Source: an uncultured Verrucomicrobiae bacterium (GTDB lineage Bacteria; Verrucomicrobiota; Verrucomicrobiia; Chthoniobacterales; JAFAMB01). From it: 64,000 nucleotides of DNA. Location of the stretch: positions 352,001 through 416,000 of the forward strand of contig CAVXLD010000005.1 in NCBI GenBank assembly GCA_963762565.1, given 5' to 3'. Under the pieces are notes generated by a model. That model was not told the origin of the DNA. It saw nothing but the letters and a program-made list of their open reading frames with translations, and searched no databases. The position numbers and the translations under genes are program-made. Shown here in pieces: positions 44,027-54,254 of the stretch; positions within the stretch are counted from its first letter, which is position 1; the number at the start of each line of letters is the position of its first letter.

Positions 44027-45013
44027 ATGAAATCTCCCGTCAAGGTCGCCGTGACCGGCGCCGCAGGTCAGATCGGCTATTCGCTTCTCTTCCGGATTGC
44101 TTCCGGGTCAATGCTCGGACCGGATCAACCGGTCGAGCTGTATCTTATCGAAATACCACCGGTATTGCCCGCCCTGGAAGGAGTCGTGATGGAGCTCGAA
44201 GATTGTGCTTTCCCGCTACTAAAGCGGATCGTGCCGACGGCTGACTTGAATGAAGGCTTCAATGGTGTGAACTGGGCGCTCCTGGTAGGAAGCGTTCCCC
44301 GTAAGCAAGGGATGGAACGAAAAGATTTGTTGGGCATTAACGGGAAGATCTTCACCGGGCAAGGACAAGCGATCGCCAAAAATGCCGCCGCGGATATCCG
44401 CATCCTGGTCGTCGGTAACCCATGTAACACCAATTGTCTGATCGCCATGAACAACGCAAATGACATCCCCAGCGATCGTTGGTTTGCAATGACGCGCTTA
44501 GACGAAAACCGGGCCAAAGCCCAACTAGCCACCAAGGCTGGAGTACACAGTTCCCAAGTCACGAATCTCACGATCTGGGGTAACCATTCATCGACCCAGT
44601 ACCCGGATTTTTATAACGCCAAGATCGACGGAAGGCCGGCAACCGAAGTGATCAAAGACGAGGCTTGGTTCAAGGAAACGTTTATCCCTACGGTCCAACA
44701 GCGCGGGGCCGCCATTATCAAAGCCCGCGGCGCTTCTTCGGCCGCATCGGCCGCAAACGCAGCCGTTGACACGGTCCGGAGCTTGGTAACGCCGACGGCC
44801 GCAGGCGACTGGTACAGCGTGGCGATCTGTTCCGATGGAAGCTACGGCGTTGAAAAAGGCCTGATCGCTTCTTTCCCGATCCGGACCAGCGGCGCCGGCC
44901 GGGAAATTGTATCCGGCGTCCCCATCAACGATTTTAGCCGCCAAAAAATCGATCTCTCGGTAAAAGAACTCGCCGAAGAGCGTTCCCTGGTCAGCGAACT
45001 TCTCCCGAAATAA
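44027..45013 (+). CDS. mdh: Malate dehydrogenase
   Basis: [46 protein letters not shown]. Confidence 0.95.
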   Translation: MKSPVKVAVTGAAGQIGYSLLFRIASGSMLGPDQPVELYLIEIPPVLPALEGVVMELEDCAFPLLKRIVPTADLNEGFNGVNWALLVGSVPRKQGMERKDLLGINGKIFTGQGQAIAKNAAADIRILVVGNPCNTNCLIAMNNANDIPSDRWFAMTRLDENRAKAQLATKAGVHSSQVTNLTIWGNHSSTQYPDFYNAKIDGRPATEVIKDEAWFKETFIPTVQQRGAAIIKARGASSAASAANAAVDTVRSLVTPTAAGDWYSVAICSDGSYGVEKGLIASFPIRTSGAGREIVSGVPINDFSRQKIDLSVKELAEERSLVSELLPK

Positions 45014-45490
45014 TGGAGCGGCCGCGCTCGCGGGGCCCACTGCCATTCCACTGAGTCCACTCCGTCTACTCAGTCCACTTAGGTCCACTAAACCCCAAAA
45101 CGCCGACACGCCCTCGTGGCGTATCGGCGTTTTCCCGACGTCTATCCCTGACCATCTACGTGTAACCAATGCCGGCCACACTTGGATGCTTTCCTTTGCC
45201 TGAATCCTCTTTGCGCGCAACGTCGGCTGTTCAACGCCGGGATTGAAATATTTCTTTCGAATGCGGACGATAGGCTGGGCCTATAGCAAGAGCGCTGAGA
45301 TGGCGACTGCGCGTTAGCTAGGCGGCGTTAAATCGCCTTGGTTCAGTGTTGGACAATGTGCGCCTTCGCCGAAGCGCTTGTTATGGAGCGGCCTCACTTC
45401 CGCCTTCGCCAAGCCTACGGCGCGACAAGGTGCGAGGCCAACTTATGTCCACTCCTGTCCACTGCGTCCACTCCGTCCACTCCCGTCCGC

Positions 45491-46720
45491 TCACCGATAC
45501 AACCGCGGCGGCGTATGTTGCCAGGGGTCCCCACGTACACCTTCCGCGTGCCCTAAATCAAAGAGAGCCAACATATATTTTTGGTCGACTAAACCGACGC
45601 TTTTGACTTCGAAGCTATTAGGAATGTAGGCCAGGTTAAAAGTGTATCCCTCATCCTTGGCGAAGACGTACGAGTTGAGGATGGTGTCGTAGAAAGAGCT
45701 CTTCACTAAAGTGTTAAAGGCCCGAGCTGCGATATTGAATGTTTTGGGCTTGGTGACGGCAAAATCCGGGTCAAGGTTATTATTGATGATGACGTAAATT
45801 TGGCCGCCATTATGGCCACTACCTTGGCCGCTGTCGCCACTACCTTGGCCGCTGTCGCCACTACCTTGGCCGCTGTCGCCACTACCTTGGCCGCCGTTGC
45901 CACCAGCCTCGCCGCTGTTATGGCCGTCAACTTGGCTGGTAGCGGCCAACAATCGTACCGGCACAGCAAACAGCGGGTAAGCGGTCCCTCCGTCCACATG
46001 CATCTCTTTAAAATGGTGTCCGTTTGCCTCCGCATCGATATAAATGGGATCGAATGCGCCCGCTACGCTGGCTGAAGCCACGAGCACTTTGCGGAACAAT
46101 TCCAAGGCTTGAGGATGACCGCTGGCCGCCAGAGCGCCCATGTTCCAGAGCACAGGCCGCTGAGCGTCCAGATTAGTCGTGATAACGAAAAGACGTCTCC
46201 CGTTGCGATACGCGGTAGCAATGTCGTCGAGCACCTTTTGATCGATCTGACTCGCTACAAGCCGTTGTAGCGGAGCTGTGCTGTACAATCCTTGCCCGAA
46301 CAGCCCCAGGAAAGGATTCCCTGAAAAGACACTATGGAACGTCATCTGCGTATAGAGTGTCTTAAGCCGTTCGTCGTATTGCCGTCCGAGAAAGGCAAAC
46401 GGAGACATGAGTGCGCCCGTTGAAACCCCGGTCACAATATCGAAACTCGGGCGATGTCCACTCTCGCTCCAGCCGCACAGTAAGCCGGCTCCGAAGGCGC
46501 CGTGTTCACCGCCACCGGAAAGGGCAAGCATCGAAACCGGTTGCCCAGTGAGCAGGGGACCTAAGTTTGCTAGCTGGGTTCGAAGCACAGAAAGCGGCGC
46601 ATCTCCCCAGGCGCGTACTCCGGGGATCCCCATCGGTAACGCGTTTTCTAGTTCCGCTTCGGTGTATGGCATCCGCTGTTCTGCAGTTGCCGGGATAGCC
46701 GTGCTTACGAGGAGAAGCAC
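45491..46720 (-). CDS. Patatin-like phospholipase with a Gly/Ser repeat insertion
   Basis: SGGGEHGAFGAG, GVSTG, HVDGG motifs. Confidence 0.88.
   Translation of the reverse strand: MLLLVSTAIPATAEQRMPYTEAELENALPMGIPGVRAWGDAPLSVLRTQLANLGPLLTGQPVSMLALSGGGEHGAFGAGLLCGWSESGHRPSFDIVTGVSTGALMSPFAFLGRQYDERLKTLYTQMTFHSVFSGNPFLGLFGQGLYSTAPLQRLVASQIDQKVLDDIATAYRNGRRLFVITTNLDAQRPVLWNMGALAASGHPQALELFRKVLVASASVAGAFDPIYIDAEANGHHFKEMHVDGGTAYPLFAVPVRLLAATSQVDGHNSGEAGGNGGQGSGDSGQGSGDSGQGSGDSGQGSGHNGGQIYVIINNNLDPDFAVTKPKTFNIAARAFNTLVKSSFYDTILNSYVFAKDEGYTFNLAYIPNSFEVKSVGLVDQKYMLALFDLGHAEGVRGDPWQHTPPRLYR
45815..45919. repeat. 21-nt coding tandem repeat (GQGSGDS)
   Basis: gccactaccttggccgctgtc x3 perfect plus 2 degenerate units. 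Confidence 0.9.
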
Positions 46721-46884
46721 GGAGAGGCCGTAACAAATCGAGCATGACCGAAGTTTTGCATCCGTTCGAAAGTTGTTTCTCGTCTACTAAGTCCAGTCCG
46801 TCCACTAAGTCCACTTCCTGCAGGCGCGAATTTTAGCTTGCAACAAACGCTTCTCCCTCTACTTTTCTTTTCCTCTGATTCTCA

Positions 46885-46957
46885 GCACCGTTAGCTCAAT
46901 TGGCAGAGCAAGTGACTCTTAATCACTGGGTTGTAGGTTCGATTCCTACACGGTGCA
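46885..46957 (+). tRNA. tRNA-Lys (CTT)
   Basis: gcaccgttagctcaattggcagagcaagtgaCTCTTAAtcactgggttgtaggttcgattcctacacggtgca cloverleaf. Confidence 0.95.
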
Positions 46958-47379
46958 TGGCTCAGTATCAAGTACTTACGTATGTTTTTACGTAAGTTAG
47001 CAAGCTCGCTTTTTTTGGTATCTTAGCCACTTTTTTGACTGATCCGAGTTAAGAAACTCCGTTCACACCTGAACGCTATCACTCCGGCCTGGTCTGCGGA
47101 AGGTCAGCATCCACGCGCTGGCGCCGGATCCATCAATCAAGTGCGACGTGGCCGGAGTTTACCTCACGGCCGCATCACGCTTTGTGCGCAGACGCATCAG
47201 AAACAGACTTGGCCTCGCTTTGGAGTTTTTCTTCGAGTCGGCGCGTGCAACCACACTCCGAACACGCCCACGGTTCGGTGCCGTTCAAATGCGGCAGTTC
47301 CGACGCGCGTGCGCGGCATTCGCGATTAGCACGAACGGAAACGTAATAATTGCGATTTTCGGTTGAAGTTTCTAGGAGA

Positions 47380-47526
47380 CCCGCTCTCGAAGAAGTGAAG
47401 TGTGTTCAGTAGTCGACTGAACATTTTTCAGTTTCGCAAAAGCGAGGCGTCGGGAACTTGCAATAATGTTTTGGAGTTCGTCGCTAGGACGCGGCCAATT
47501 ATCAGACAGAAAGAAAACATTCTGCT
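47380..47526 (+). promoter_or_regulatory. ~145-bp conserved non-coding segment, copy 1, with palindrome TGTTCAGT-N5-ACTGAACA (47403-47423)
   Basis: Direct homolog at ~51254-51401. Confidence 0.7.
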
Positions 47527-47534
47527 ATTGCTAT

Positions 47535-47918
47535 ATGGACCCTCTTGACTACACGAACTCCCTTCAACCATCTGACTTCGGCGAGAAGTTAGTAGAGCGC
47601 AAAGAGTCTGCGCGTCACGCTCTGCGTCAGACATCCAGCCAAGAATTGCACGAGCTGGTTCGCACGCTATTTCCCGATGGAACCCATCCGTGGGCCGCAG
47701 AATTCTCGAAATTCATTGACGAACACCGGGCGGAATCCCCGGTTCGAGGTGAAACGTCTGACGGGTTTGTGTTCGTTTATTATCCGCAATCCAATTGCGG
47801 AATCTGGTATAAGTATTTCGGTGAGTTACCGGCTGTGGGATTGCTTGGGCCATCCAACCTTCGCATGATTAGCGAAATCATGGCTGAATCCAGCGGAAGC
47901 CAGACGACTGGTCACTGA
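47535..47918 (+). CDS. Hypothetical protein
   Basis: 127-aa ORF from ATG 47535, immediately after the conserved upstream segment. Confidence 0.6.
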   Translation: MDPLDYTNSLQPSDFGEKLVERKESARHALRQTSSQELHELVRTLFPDGTHPWAAEFSKFIDEHRAESPVRGETSDGFVFVYYPQSNCGIWYKYFGELPAVGLLGPSNLRMISEIMAESSGSQTTGH

Positions 47919-48031
47919 AAGTGTTTGCTTGCGCATGGCTGGTGTTGAGGTCTCGAGGCTTCCCGTATTCCACCTGGCAAAACTTGTGCAAACGTGAGGT
48001 CACGCTGTTAATCGGCTGAAGCCATTGCCGG

Positions 48032-49375
48032 ATGGACTACTCCAGCCACACTTATCCTAGAGAGCTTGCGGAACGAATCATTTCTGAATGGCCGGAGGTT
48101 ACGAACCCTTTGGACGATCTGCCTCCTAAGGAGGCTCTTATTTCTCTTTTGAACGAAGCATTTCAGGCAAGTTTGCTGCGGGAAGAGAGCCGGCCTATCA
48201 CATGTCGCTTGATTCTAATTAATCCCTCCGAACTCAGCGAGGCGGAGGGTCCGCCGACGGGGATGCATGTTTTACAGCTGGAAGACGAAAGGAAATTAAG
48301 TGCGCAAGAAATTCGGCGGCTTAGCCCTTGTGCAACATTTTATCGTTCGCTAATTGGTATCCGCTGGGATTCCGAAGAGGGCTTCCGGATCTGGGCAATA
48401 TTAAACTCTGGTACTCGCTGGGTGGCCCGAATCGATGGAGGTCGTTTGCAAAGTTCAGCCGCCCCAGGTCGTCTGACCATTCATGTCAGCGGGCCCGGTA
48501 ACTTGATCATCTCCCGAGGTGACAACCTGATCACCACGCTGCTGAATGGCAGGCTGGAAGGTCATGGATTTGATATTTATGAAGCGCGTTGGCTACAGAA
48601 ATCTCAAGAGGCCTTCGAACAGTGGGCAATTCGAGAATGTTTTAGGGATCACGACAGAGGTGCCATCGTCGAATCGGATTTCGTCAACATGCTTGGCCAA
48701 AACTTCACGCGCCGGATAATCAGCAAAGTCAGACGCGCTCGGCATGGCGGTATGCTTATTATCGTCAGAACGAAAGACGCTGCGAAAATTGTCGATCCGC
48801 TAGGCCTAATCTGGCCAAAATATTGGGTCAAAGAGACTCGGGCCAGACATCGTTGTCGCGACCTTCTTTTCTCCGTGATGCGGACACTATCGCAAGTGGG
48901 AGCTGAACGCGGCTTGAAGAAAGTCGGTTGGAAAGATTACCAGGAGCTCGAGGATCAGCGCCTGACGCGATTGGACGAGTCGATTTTTGAGTGCGCAAAT
49001 TTCTTGGCCGATCTTATGGCGGTGGACGGTGCTTTGGTGGTGACGGATGCCTGGGATATCATCGGGTTCGGGGCAGAAATTCACGGTCCCAGTAACCGGA
49101 ATGAAGTGATTTATCGAGCGCTAGCTCTTGAAGGCACGAAACTTGTCGGAGAACGCACGGATGAGGCGGGCACGCGACATCGAGCTGCGTACCGGCTGAG
49201 CCGTCAGCACCCAGAATGCATGATTATCGTCATTTCACAAGACGGTGCTGCTAGGTATGTGGGTAATCTAAACGGGAAGGTTATCTACTGGGAACTCGGT
49301 TCGTTTAAACCCCGAGCCCGAAATTCGGCGTCATCGCCCTCGTCCTCGATAATTGGGGCGCAAATGCGAGAGTAA
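48032..49375 (+). CDS. DAC/DisA_N (diadenylate cyclase-like) domain protein with N-terminal putative sensor domain
   Basis: AFQASL.REE N-terminus, HGG, VDGA and GTRHRAA, ISQDG motifs. Confidence 0.75.
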   Translation: MDYSSHTYPRELAERIISEWPEVTNPLDDLPPKEALISLLNEAFQASLLREESRPITCRLILINPSELSEAEGPPTGMHVLQLEDERKLSAQEIRRLSPCATFYRSLIGIRWDSEEGFRIWAILNSGTRWVARIDGGRLQSSAAPGRLTIHVSGPGNLIISRGDNLITTLLNGRLEGHGFDIYEARWLQKSQEAFEQWAIRECFRDHDRGAIVESDFVNMLGQNFTRRIISKVRRARHGGMLIIVRTKDAAKIVDPLGLIWPKYWVKETRARHRCRDLLFSVMRTLSQVGAERGLKKVGWKDYQELEDQRLTRLDESIFECANFLADLMAVDGALVVTDAWDIIGFGAEIHGPSNRNEVIYRALALEGTKLVGERTDEAGTRHRAAYRLSRQHPECMIIVISQDGAARYVGNLNGKVIYWELGSFKPRARNSASSPSSSIIGAQMRE

Positions 49376-49405
49376 TCTTGGTAAAACCCGAGCATTGATT
49401 GGGCG

Positions 49406-50434
49406 TTAGTTGCCGAAGTCGAGCACGACGCGCCCCTCGATCTGTCCCTCGCGCATCCGCTCGAACACTTCGTTAATGTCCTCGAGCCGTTCCGTTTGAA
49501 CCGTCGCCTTTACCGAACCCTTCTCGGCGAAGGCCAAGGCCTCCTGCAAGTCGAGCCTGGTTCCGACGATCGACCCGCGAAGGGTAATGCCCTCAAGCAC
49601 CATGTTGATAATCGGCAGAGGGAAAGAGCCTGGGGGCAGGCCATTCAGGACGATCGTCCCGCCGCGGCGGACCATGCCCAGAGCCTGCTCGAACGCCTCC
49701 GGAGAGGGGGCGGTTACAAGCACGCCATGCGCTCCGCCGATTTCCTGCTTCAGGTAGGTGGCGGGGTCGGTGCCGCGGGCATTGACCGCTACGGCTGCAC
49801 CAAGTTGGTGGGCGAGGTCGAGCTTGCGATCTTCCACATCGACTGCCGCGACGTTTAGGCCCATCGCTCTGGCGTACTGGATGGCCATGTGCCCGAGACC
49901 GCCGACGCCGGAGACCACGACCCAGTCGCCCGGTCGGGTGCCCGACACCTTCAGGCCCTTGTACACGGTAATGCCCGCGCACAGAATTGGCGCGATCTGG
50001 ACGAAGTCCACGTTGGAGGGCAGGTGACCGATGTAGTTGGCGTCTGCGACCACATACTCGGCGAAGGCGCCGTTAACCGAGTACCCGGTGTTCTTCTGCG
50101 CCTCGCACAGCGTTTCCCAGCCGGACCAGCAGTAGGAGCAGTGACCACAGGCGGAGTGCAGCCACGGTACGCCGACCCGGTCGCCCTCGCTCACGTGCGT
50201 TACCCCGGGGCCGACGACCGCCACGTTCCCCACGCCCTCATGCCCCGGAATAAAGGGAGGGTTCGGCTTGACTGGCCAGTTGCCGCTGACCGCATGTAGA
50301 TCGGTCCCGCACACGCCGCATGCCCGAATCTTTACCAGCACCTGGCCAGGCCCCGGCTGGGGGATTGGCACCTCCTCGATCTCCAGTGGCTTACCGAACT
50401 CGCGCACGATTGCGGCTTTCATTGTTCTTTTCAT
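49406..50434 (-). CDS. adhP: Zn-dependent alcohol dehydrogenase (AdhP type)
   Basis: GHEGVG, C..C.YC...WETLC, APILCAG.TVYK, GVGGLG, GSIVGTR. Confidence 0.9.
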   Translation of the reverse strand: MKRTMKAAIVREFGKPLEIEEVPIPQPGPGQVLVKIRACGVCGTDLHAVSGNWPVKPNPPFIPGHEGVGNVAVVGPGVTHVSEGDRVGVPWLHSACGHCSYCWSGWETLCEAQKNTGYSVNGAFAEYVVADANYIGHLPSNVDFVQIAPILCAGITVYKGLKVSGTRPGDWVVVSGVGGLGHMAIQYARAMGLNVAAVDVEDRKLDLAHQLGAAVAVNARGTDPATYLKQEIGGAHGVLVTAPSPEAFEQALGMVRRGGTIVLNGLPPGSFPLPIINMVLEGITLRGSIVGTRLDLQEALAFAEKGSVKATVQTERLEDINEVFERMREGQIEGRVVLDFGN

Positions 50435-50510
50435 AATCGTAGTCGCATCCGATTTTCAGCCTTAGGTCAGAACAGATTTAAGATACCCTGGAACAGGCAT
50501 TCCGGAAAAA

Positions 50511-50972
50511 TCAAGGCGCTAAAGGTCCAGTGTGTAGATCCAAAGCCGCTTGGCGTTTTAATTCAAAGCTTACCTTAACCGGTGAACTATTCCTGAGTAC
50601 CTTGCCTCCCTCAATGTCAAATCGAGTGCCCTGCGGTTCAGTGTAAGACAAGACTTCCACGTCTCCCGTTGCATCATAAGCGACCGAGAAATCTGTGACT
50701 AAATCAGCTACAACAAATGGGTGGTCGCCGACGATTACTCTGTTTTTCTCCTCGATTACCACCAGTCCTGTCCTCACTTTCGAATTTATCCAGTCGGTTC
50801 TCTCAGCGACCGGCCTCGTTGGAGAGTTGTAATATAGGCTGTATAGGTACTCCTTGACCTTCTCTGCCTTCCAGCGCCACGGGAGGACCTGGAAAAAGTC
50901 TTGCAAAACGGAGGCTTTTCCCGCAAATCGCCATCGAACTACCCAACAATGTCCAGTCTCTTCTTTGTCCAT
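50511..50972 (-). CDS. Hypothetical protein
   Basis: 153-aa ORF from ATG 50972; palindrome copy at 51017-51037 lies just upstream. Confidence 0.6.
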   Translation of the reverse strand: MDKEETGHCWVVRWRFAGKASVLQDFFQVLPWRWKAEKVKEYLYSLYYNSPTRPVAERTDWINSKVRTGLVVIEEKNRVIVGDHPFVVADLVTDFSVAYDATGDVEVLSYTEPQGTRFDIEGGKVLRNSSPVKVSFELKRQAALDLHTGPLAP

Positions 50973-51253
50973 CAATGGAAGTTTGATCGCAATTTCCAGG
51001 TTGGGAAAATGAAAGATGTTCAGCGACTGACTGAACAAGTCTCACTTTTCTAACTATACCCGCTTGGCGGCAGAGGAAGCGGACCAGCCCTCTTAAGCCG
51101 AGAAAACAAAAGAAGGGTGGCTTTGGTCAAATCATGATTAGCAACCAACAATCACCGTTCTAAACTGGAGTGGAACATCGTATGCACTCGTCCCGGAAGA
51201 ATGGCGGTCGGGATCATAGTAGTTCCGGTTTCCGATTCAACGTCTAACCGGGA

Positions 51254-51401
51254 CCTGCTCTCAGGGAAATGAAGAGTATTCAGTAATCGACTAAACATTG
51301 TTAAGTTTCGCAAAAGCGAAGCGTAGGAAACTTGCAACGATGCTTTGGAGTTAGTCACTAGGACGAGGACAATCATCAGACAGAAAGGAAAACATTCTGC
51401 T
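51254..51401 (+). promoter_or_regulatory. Conserved non-coding segment, copy 2; further palindrome copies at 51017-51037 and 51437-51457
   Basis: Aligns with 47380-47526. Confidence 0.7.
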
Positions 51402-51608
51402 CGTTTCAGAAGCAGTACGAACAGTTAGCTGAAAGAAGCTCAGTCATGAACTGAATACCTTTCACTTTCGTAAAAGCAGCGCCTCAGGAAAGTCACTATA
51501 CGGAAAACAAGAGACGCGACCGGGACAAGAACACGTTCCGGAACACGTTCCGACCCACGCCTGAAAATTTGCTGCGACTATTTTACTTAAACCCATCCGA
51601 CTCACGAA

Positions 51609-54065
51609 ATGAATCAGACTCAATCAAACGAAGCAACAACGCCGGCTACCGGCGCCAAGGGGCCCGCAGCTAAACCAGGCGCAAGAAAGCGTTCAGCAGC
51701 CGAAATTTCACCGCTGTCGCTTAGTCCTGACCTGCTTGAAAAAATCGATGCATGGTGGCGCGCCGCCAACTATCTAAACATCGGGCAGATCTATTTAATG
51801 GCCAACCCGCTTCTCCGGGAGCCGCTAAAGAAGGAACACATCAAACCGCGTCTGCTGGGGCACTGGGGCACCTCACCCGGCCTAAATCTTGTTTATGTCC
51901 ACCTGAATCGTCTGATCAACCAGTACGACCTCAATGTGGTGTATATGGCTGGTCCCGGCCATGGGGGTCCAGCGCTGGTGGCCAACGTTTATCTCGAAGG
52001 CACCTACACCGAACATTTTCCTCACATTACTCAAGATCAGGAAGGGATGCTTAAGCTTTTCCGCCAGTTTTCTACCCCTGGTGGTGTTCCTAGCCATGTA
52101 AGCGCCCCAACGCCCGGTTCCATTCACGAAGGAGGGGAACTAGGTTACGTGCTGGTGCACGCGTTTGGCGCGGCATTTGATAATCCGGACTTGATTGTCG
52201 CAGCGGTCGTTGGCGACGGCGAGGCAGAAACCGGACCTTTGGAAGGCAGCTGGAAAGGAAACAAGTTCCTGAACCCCGTACGCGACGGCGCAGTCCTTCC
52301 CATTCTCCATCTCAATGAATACAAGATTTCCGGTCCAACCATCTGGGGTCGCGAAAGCGATGATCGGGTCAGTAGTTTTCTGGCCGGTCACGGCTACGAA
52401 CCCGTATTTGTTGAAGGCAGCGATCCGATGACAGTGCATCAGGAATTCTCGGGTACGCTGGAAACAGCGATCCTGAAAATCCGTGATATTCAGAGTGACG
52501 CTCGTAAAAACGGATTCAAGGAACGCCCAGTTTGGCCGGCAATCGTCTTACGGACGCCCAAAGGTTGGACCGGGCCAAAAATCGTGGATGGTCTGCCAGT
52601 CGAGGGCACATTCCGAGCCCATCAGGTGCCGCTCGCCAATGTGCGCGATAATCCCTCGCATCTAAAGCTGCTCGAGGAATGGATGCGCAGCTATCGCCCG
52701 GAAGAGCTTTTTGACGGCAAAGGCCGGTTCCGGGAGGAGTATGCCGCACTGGCTCCGAAAGGACAAAGACGCATGGGCGCTAATCCACACGCGAACGGAG
52801 GATTAGTGTCTGTTCCGCTGGATCTACCTGACTTCACCGAATATGCTCTGGAGGTAGCCAAGCCAGGAACGGTTCAGCACGAATCGACCCGCGCCCTGGG
52901 AGAGCTCTTAAGAGATACTTTTAAGAGGAACGCCAAACAGGCCAATTTTCGCCTCTTCTGTCCAGACGAAACCAACTCCAATCGACTCGGCGCCGTTTTC
53001 GAGGTCACCAACCGCTGTCTGGTCAGCCGACTTATCGATAATGATGACCATGTTTCGCATGATGGTCGAGTCATGGAGGTCTTGAGTGAGCACAACTGCC
53101 ACGGATGGCTGGAAGGGTATGTTTTGACCGGGCGACACGGATTGTTCGCGACCTACGAAGCCTTTGCGATGGTGGTTGATTCCATGGCGATGCAACATGC
53201 GAAATGGGTTGAACATTGTTCGCGGATCTCTTGGCGTCGGCCGGTTCCGTCCCTGAATTATCTGCTGACGTCAACCTGCTGGCGGAACGACCACAACGGC
53301 TTCAGCCACCAAGGGCCGGGGTTCATCGATAACATCGTGACCAAGAAGCCGAGCGTCGTCCGAGTTTATCTACCTCCGGATGCCAACTGTTTGCTTTCAG
53401 TGGCCGATCATTGTTTGCGCAGCGTCAACTATCTCAATTTGATCGTGATCGATAAGCAACTTCAGCTGCAGTGGTTAAAGATGGATGATGCGCGCGAACA
53501 CTGCGCCCGTGGCGCCGGAGCCTGGGAGTGGTGTAGCAATGATCAAGGCAGAGATCCGGATATGGTGTTGGCCTGCGCCGGTGATATCGCAACGCTCGAG
53601 ACAGTGGCAGCGGCCTGGCTTTTGCGCCAGTATCTGCCTGAGCTGAAGGTGCGCGTGGTCAACGTTGTCGACCTCATGTCGCTTTGCCCGCCGGATCGAC
53701 ATCCCCACGGCATGACCAGCGACAGGTTCATTTCGCTCTTCACCGCAAACAAGCCGGTCATTTTCGCGTTCCACGGTTATCCCGGGGTTATACACCAGCT
53801 TATCCACGGTCGCCCGGAAGCCACCCGATTCCATGCGCGCGGCTACATCGAAGAAGGTACGACGACTACCCCGTTCGATATGGTGGTGTTGAACAAAATG
53901 AGTCGTGTTCACCTCTGCATGGACGCGGTACGATACGCACCGGACATCCGCAATGCCGGGGAATTGTTAGCTAAAGGGGAAGCGGTGCTGGCGAAACATC
54001 GGGCTTATGTGCAGGAGCACTTTGAAGATTTACCGGAGGTTCGAGACTGGGTGTGGTCGGACTAG
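51609..54065 (+). CDS. xfp: Xylulose-5-P/fructose-6-P phosphoketolase
   Basis: [52 protein letters not shown]. Confidence 0.95.
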   Translation: MNQTQSNEATTPATGAKGPAAKPGARKRSAAEISPLSLSPDLLEKIDAWWRAANYLNIGQIYLMANPLLREPLKKEHIKPRLLGHWGTSPGLNLVYVHLNRLINQYDLNVVYMAGPGHGGPALVANVYLEGTYTEHFPHITQDQEGMLKLFRQFSTPGGVPSHVSAPTPGSIHEGGELGYVLVHAFGAAFDNPDLIVAAVVGDGEAETGPLEGSWKGNKFLNPVRDGAVLPILHLNEYKISGPTIWGRESDDRVSSFLAGHGYEPVFVEGSDPMTVHQEFSGTLETAILKIRDIQSDARKNGFKERPVWPAIVLRTPKGWTGPKIVDGLPVEGTFRAHQVPLANVRDNPSHLKLLEEWMRSYRPEELFDGKGRFREEYAALAPKGQRRMGANPHANGGLVSVPLDLPDFTEYALEVAKPGTVQHESTRALGELLRDTFKRNAKQANFRLFCPDETNSNRLGAVFEVTNRCLVSRLIDNDDHVSHDGRVMEVLSEHNCHGWLEGYVLTGRHGLFATYEAFAMVVDSMAMQHAKWVEHCSRISWRRPVPSLNYLLTSTCWRNDHNGFSHQGPGFIDNIVTKKPSVVRVYLPPDANCLLSVADHCLRSVNYLNLIVIDKQLQLQWLKMDDAREHCARGAGAWEWCSNDQGRDPDMVLACAGDIATLETVAAAWLLRQYLPELKVRVVNVVDLMSLCPPDRHPHGMTSDRFISLFTANKPVIFAFHGYPGVIHQLIHGRPEATRFHARGYIEEGTTTTPFDMVVLNKMSRVHLCMDAVRYAPDIRNAGELLAKGEAVLAKHRAYVQEHFEDLPEVRDWVWSD

Positions 54066-54254
54066 GGGACGCAGCTTAACCAACTGGAAAGTTTAAATCA
54101 CGAGTAGTCAGGACTAAGTACGCCAACCATAGACTCCGCGAAATTGCTACTGCCGGAAGGAAGGGAGGGAGGCCCGCGCTTACTCCGTCAACCCACCGGA
54201 AGCCAGGGCTAAGGCATCGCAACCTATCACGACAAAACTTCTTTAGTTAGTACT

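Noticed and set aside
47141..47366. Integrase remnant after tRNA-Lys
   Set aside because: No tyrosine- or serine-recombinase motifs recognisable in the frames examined
51121..51140. FNR-type box upstream of xfp
   Set aside because: Poor match to TTGAT-N4-ATCAA with wrong spacing
51529..51552. 12-bp direct repeat gaacacgttccg x2 upstream of xfp
   Set aside because: Single duplication with no other copies; insufficient to call an operator
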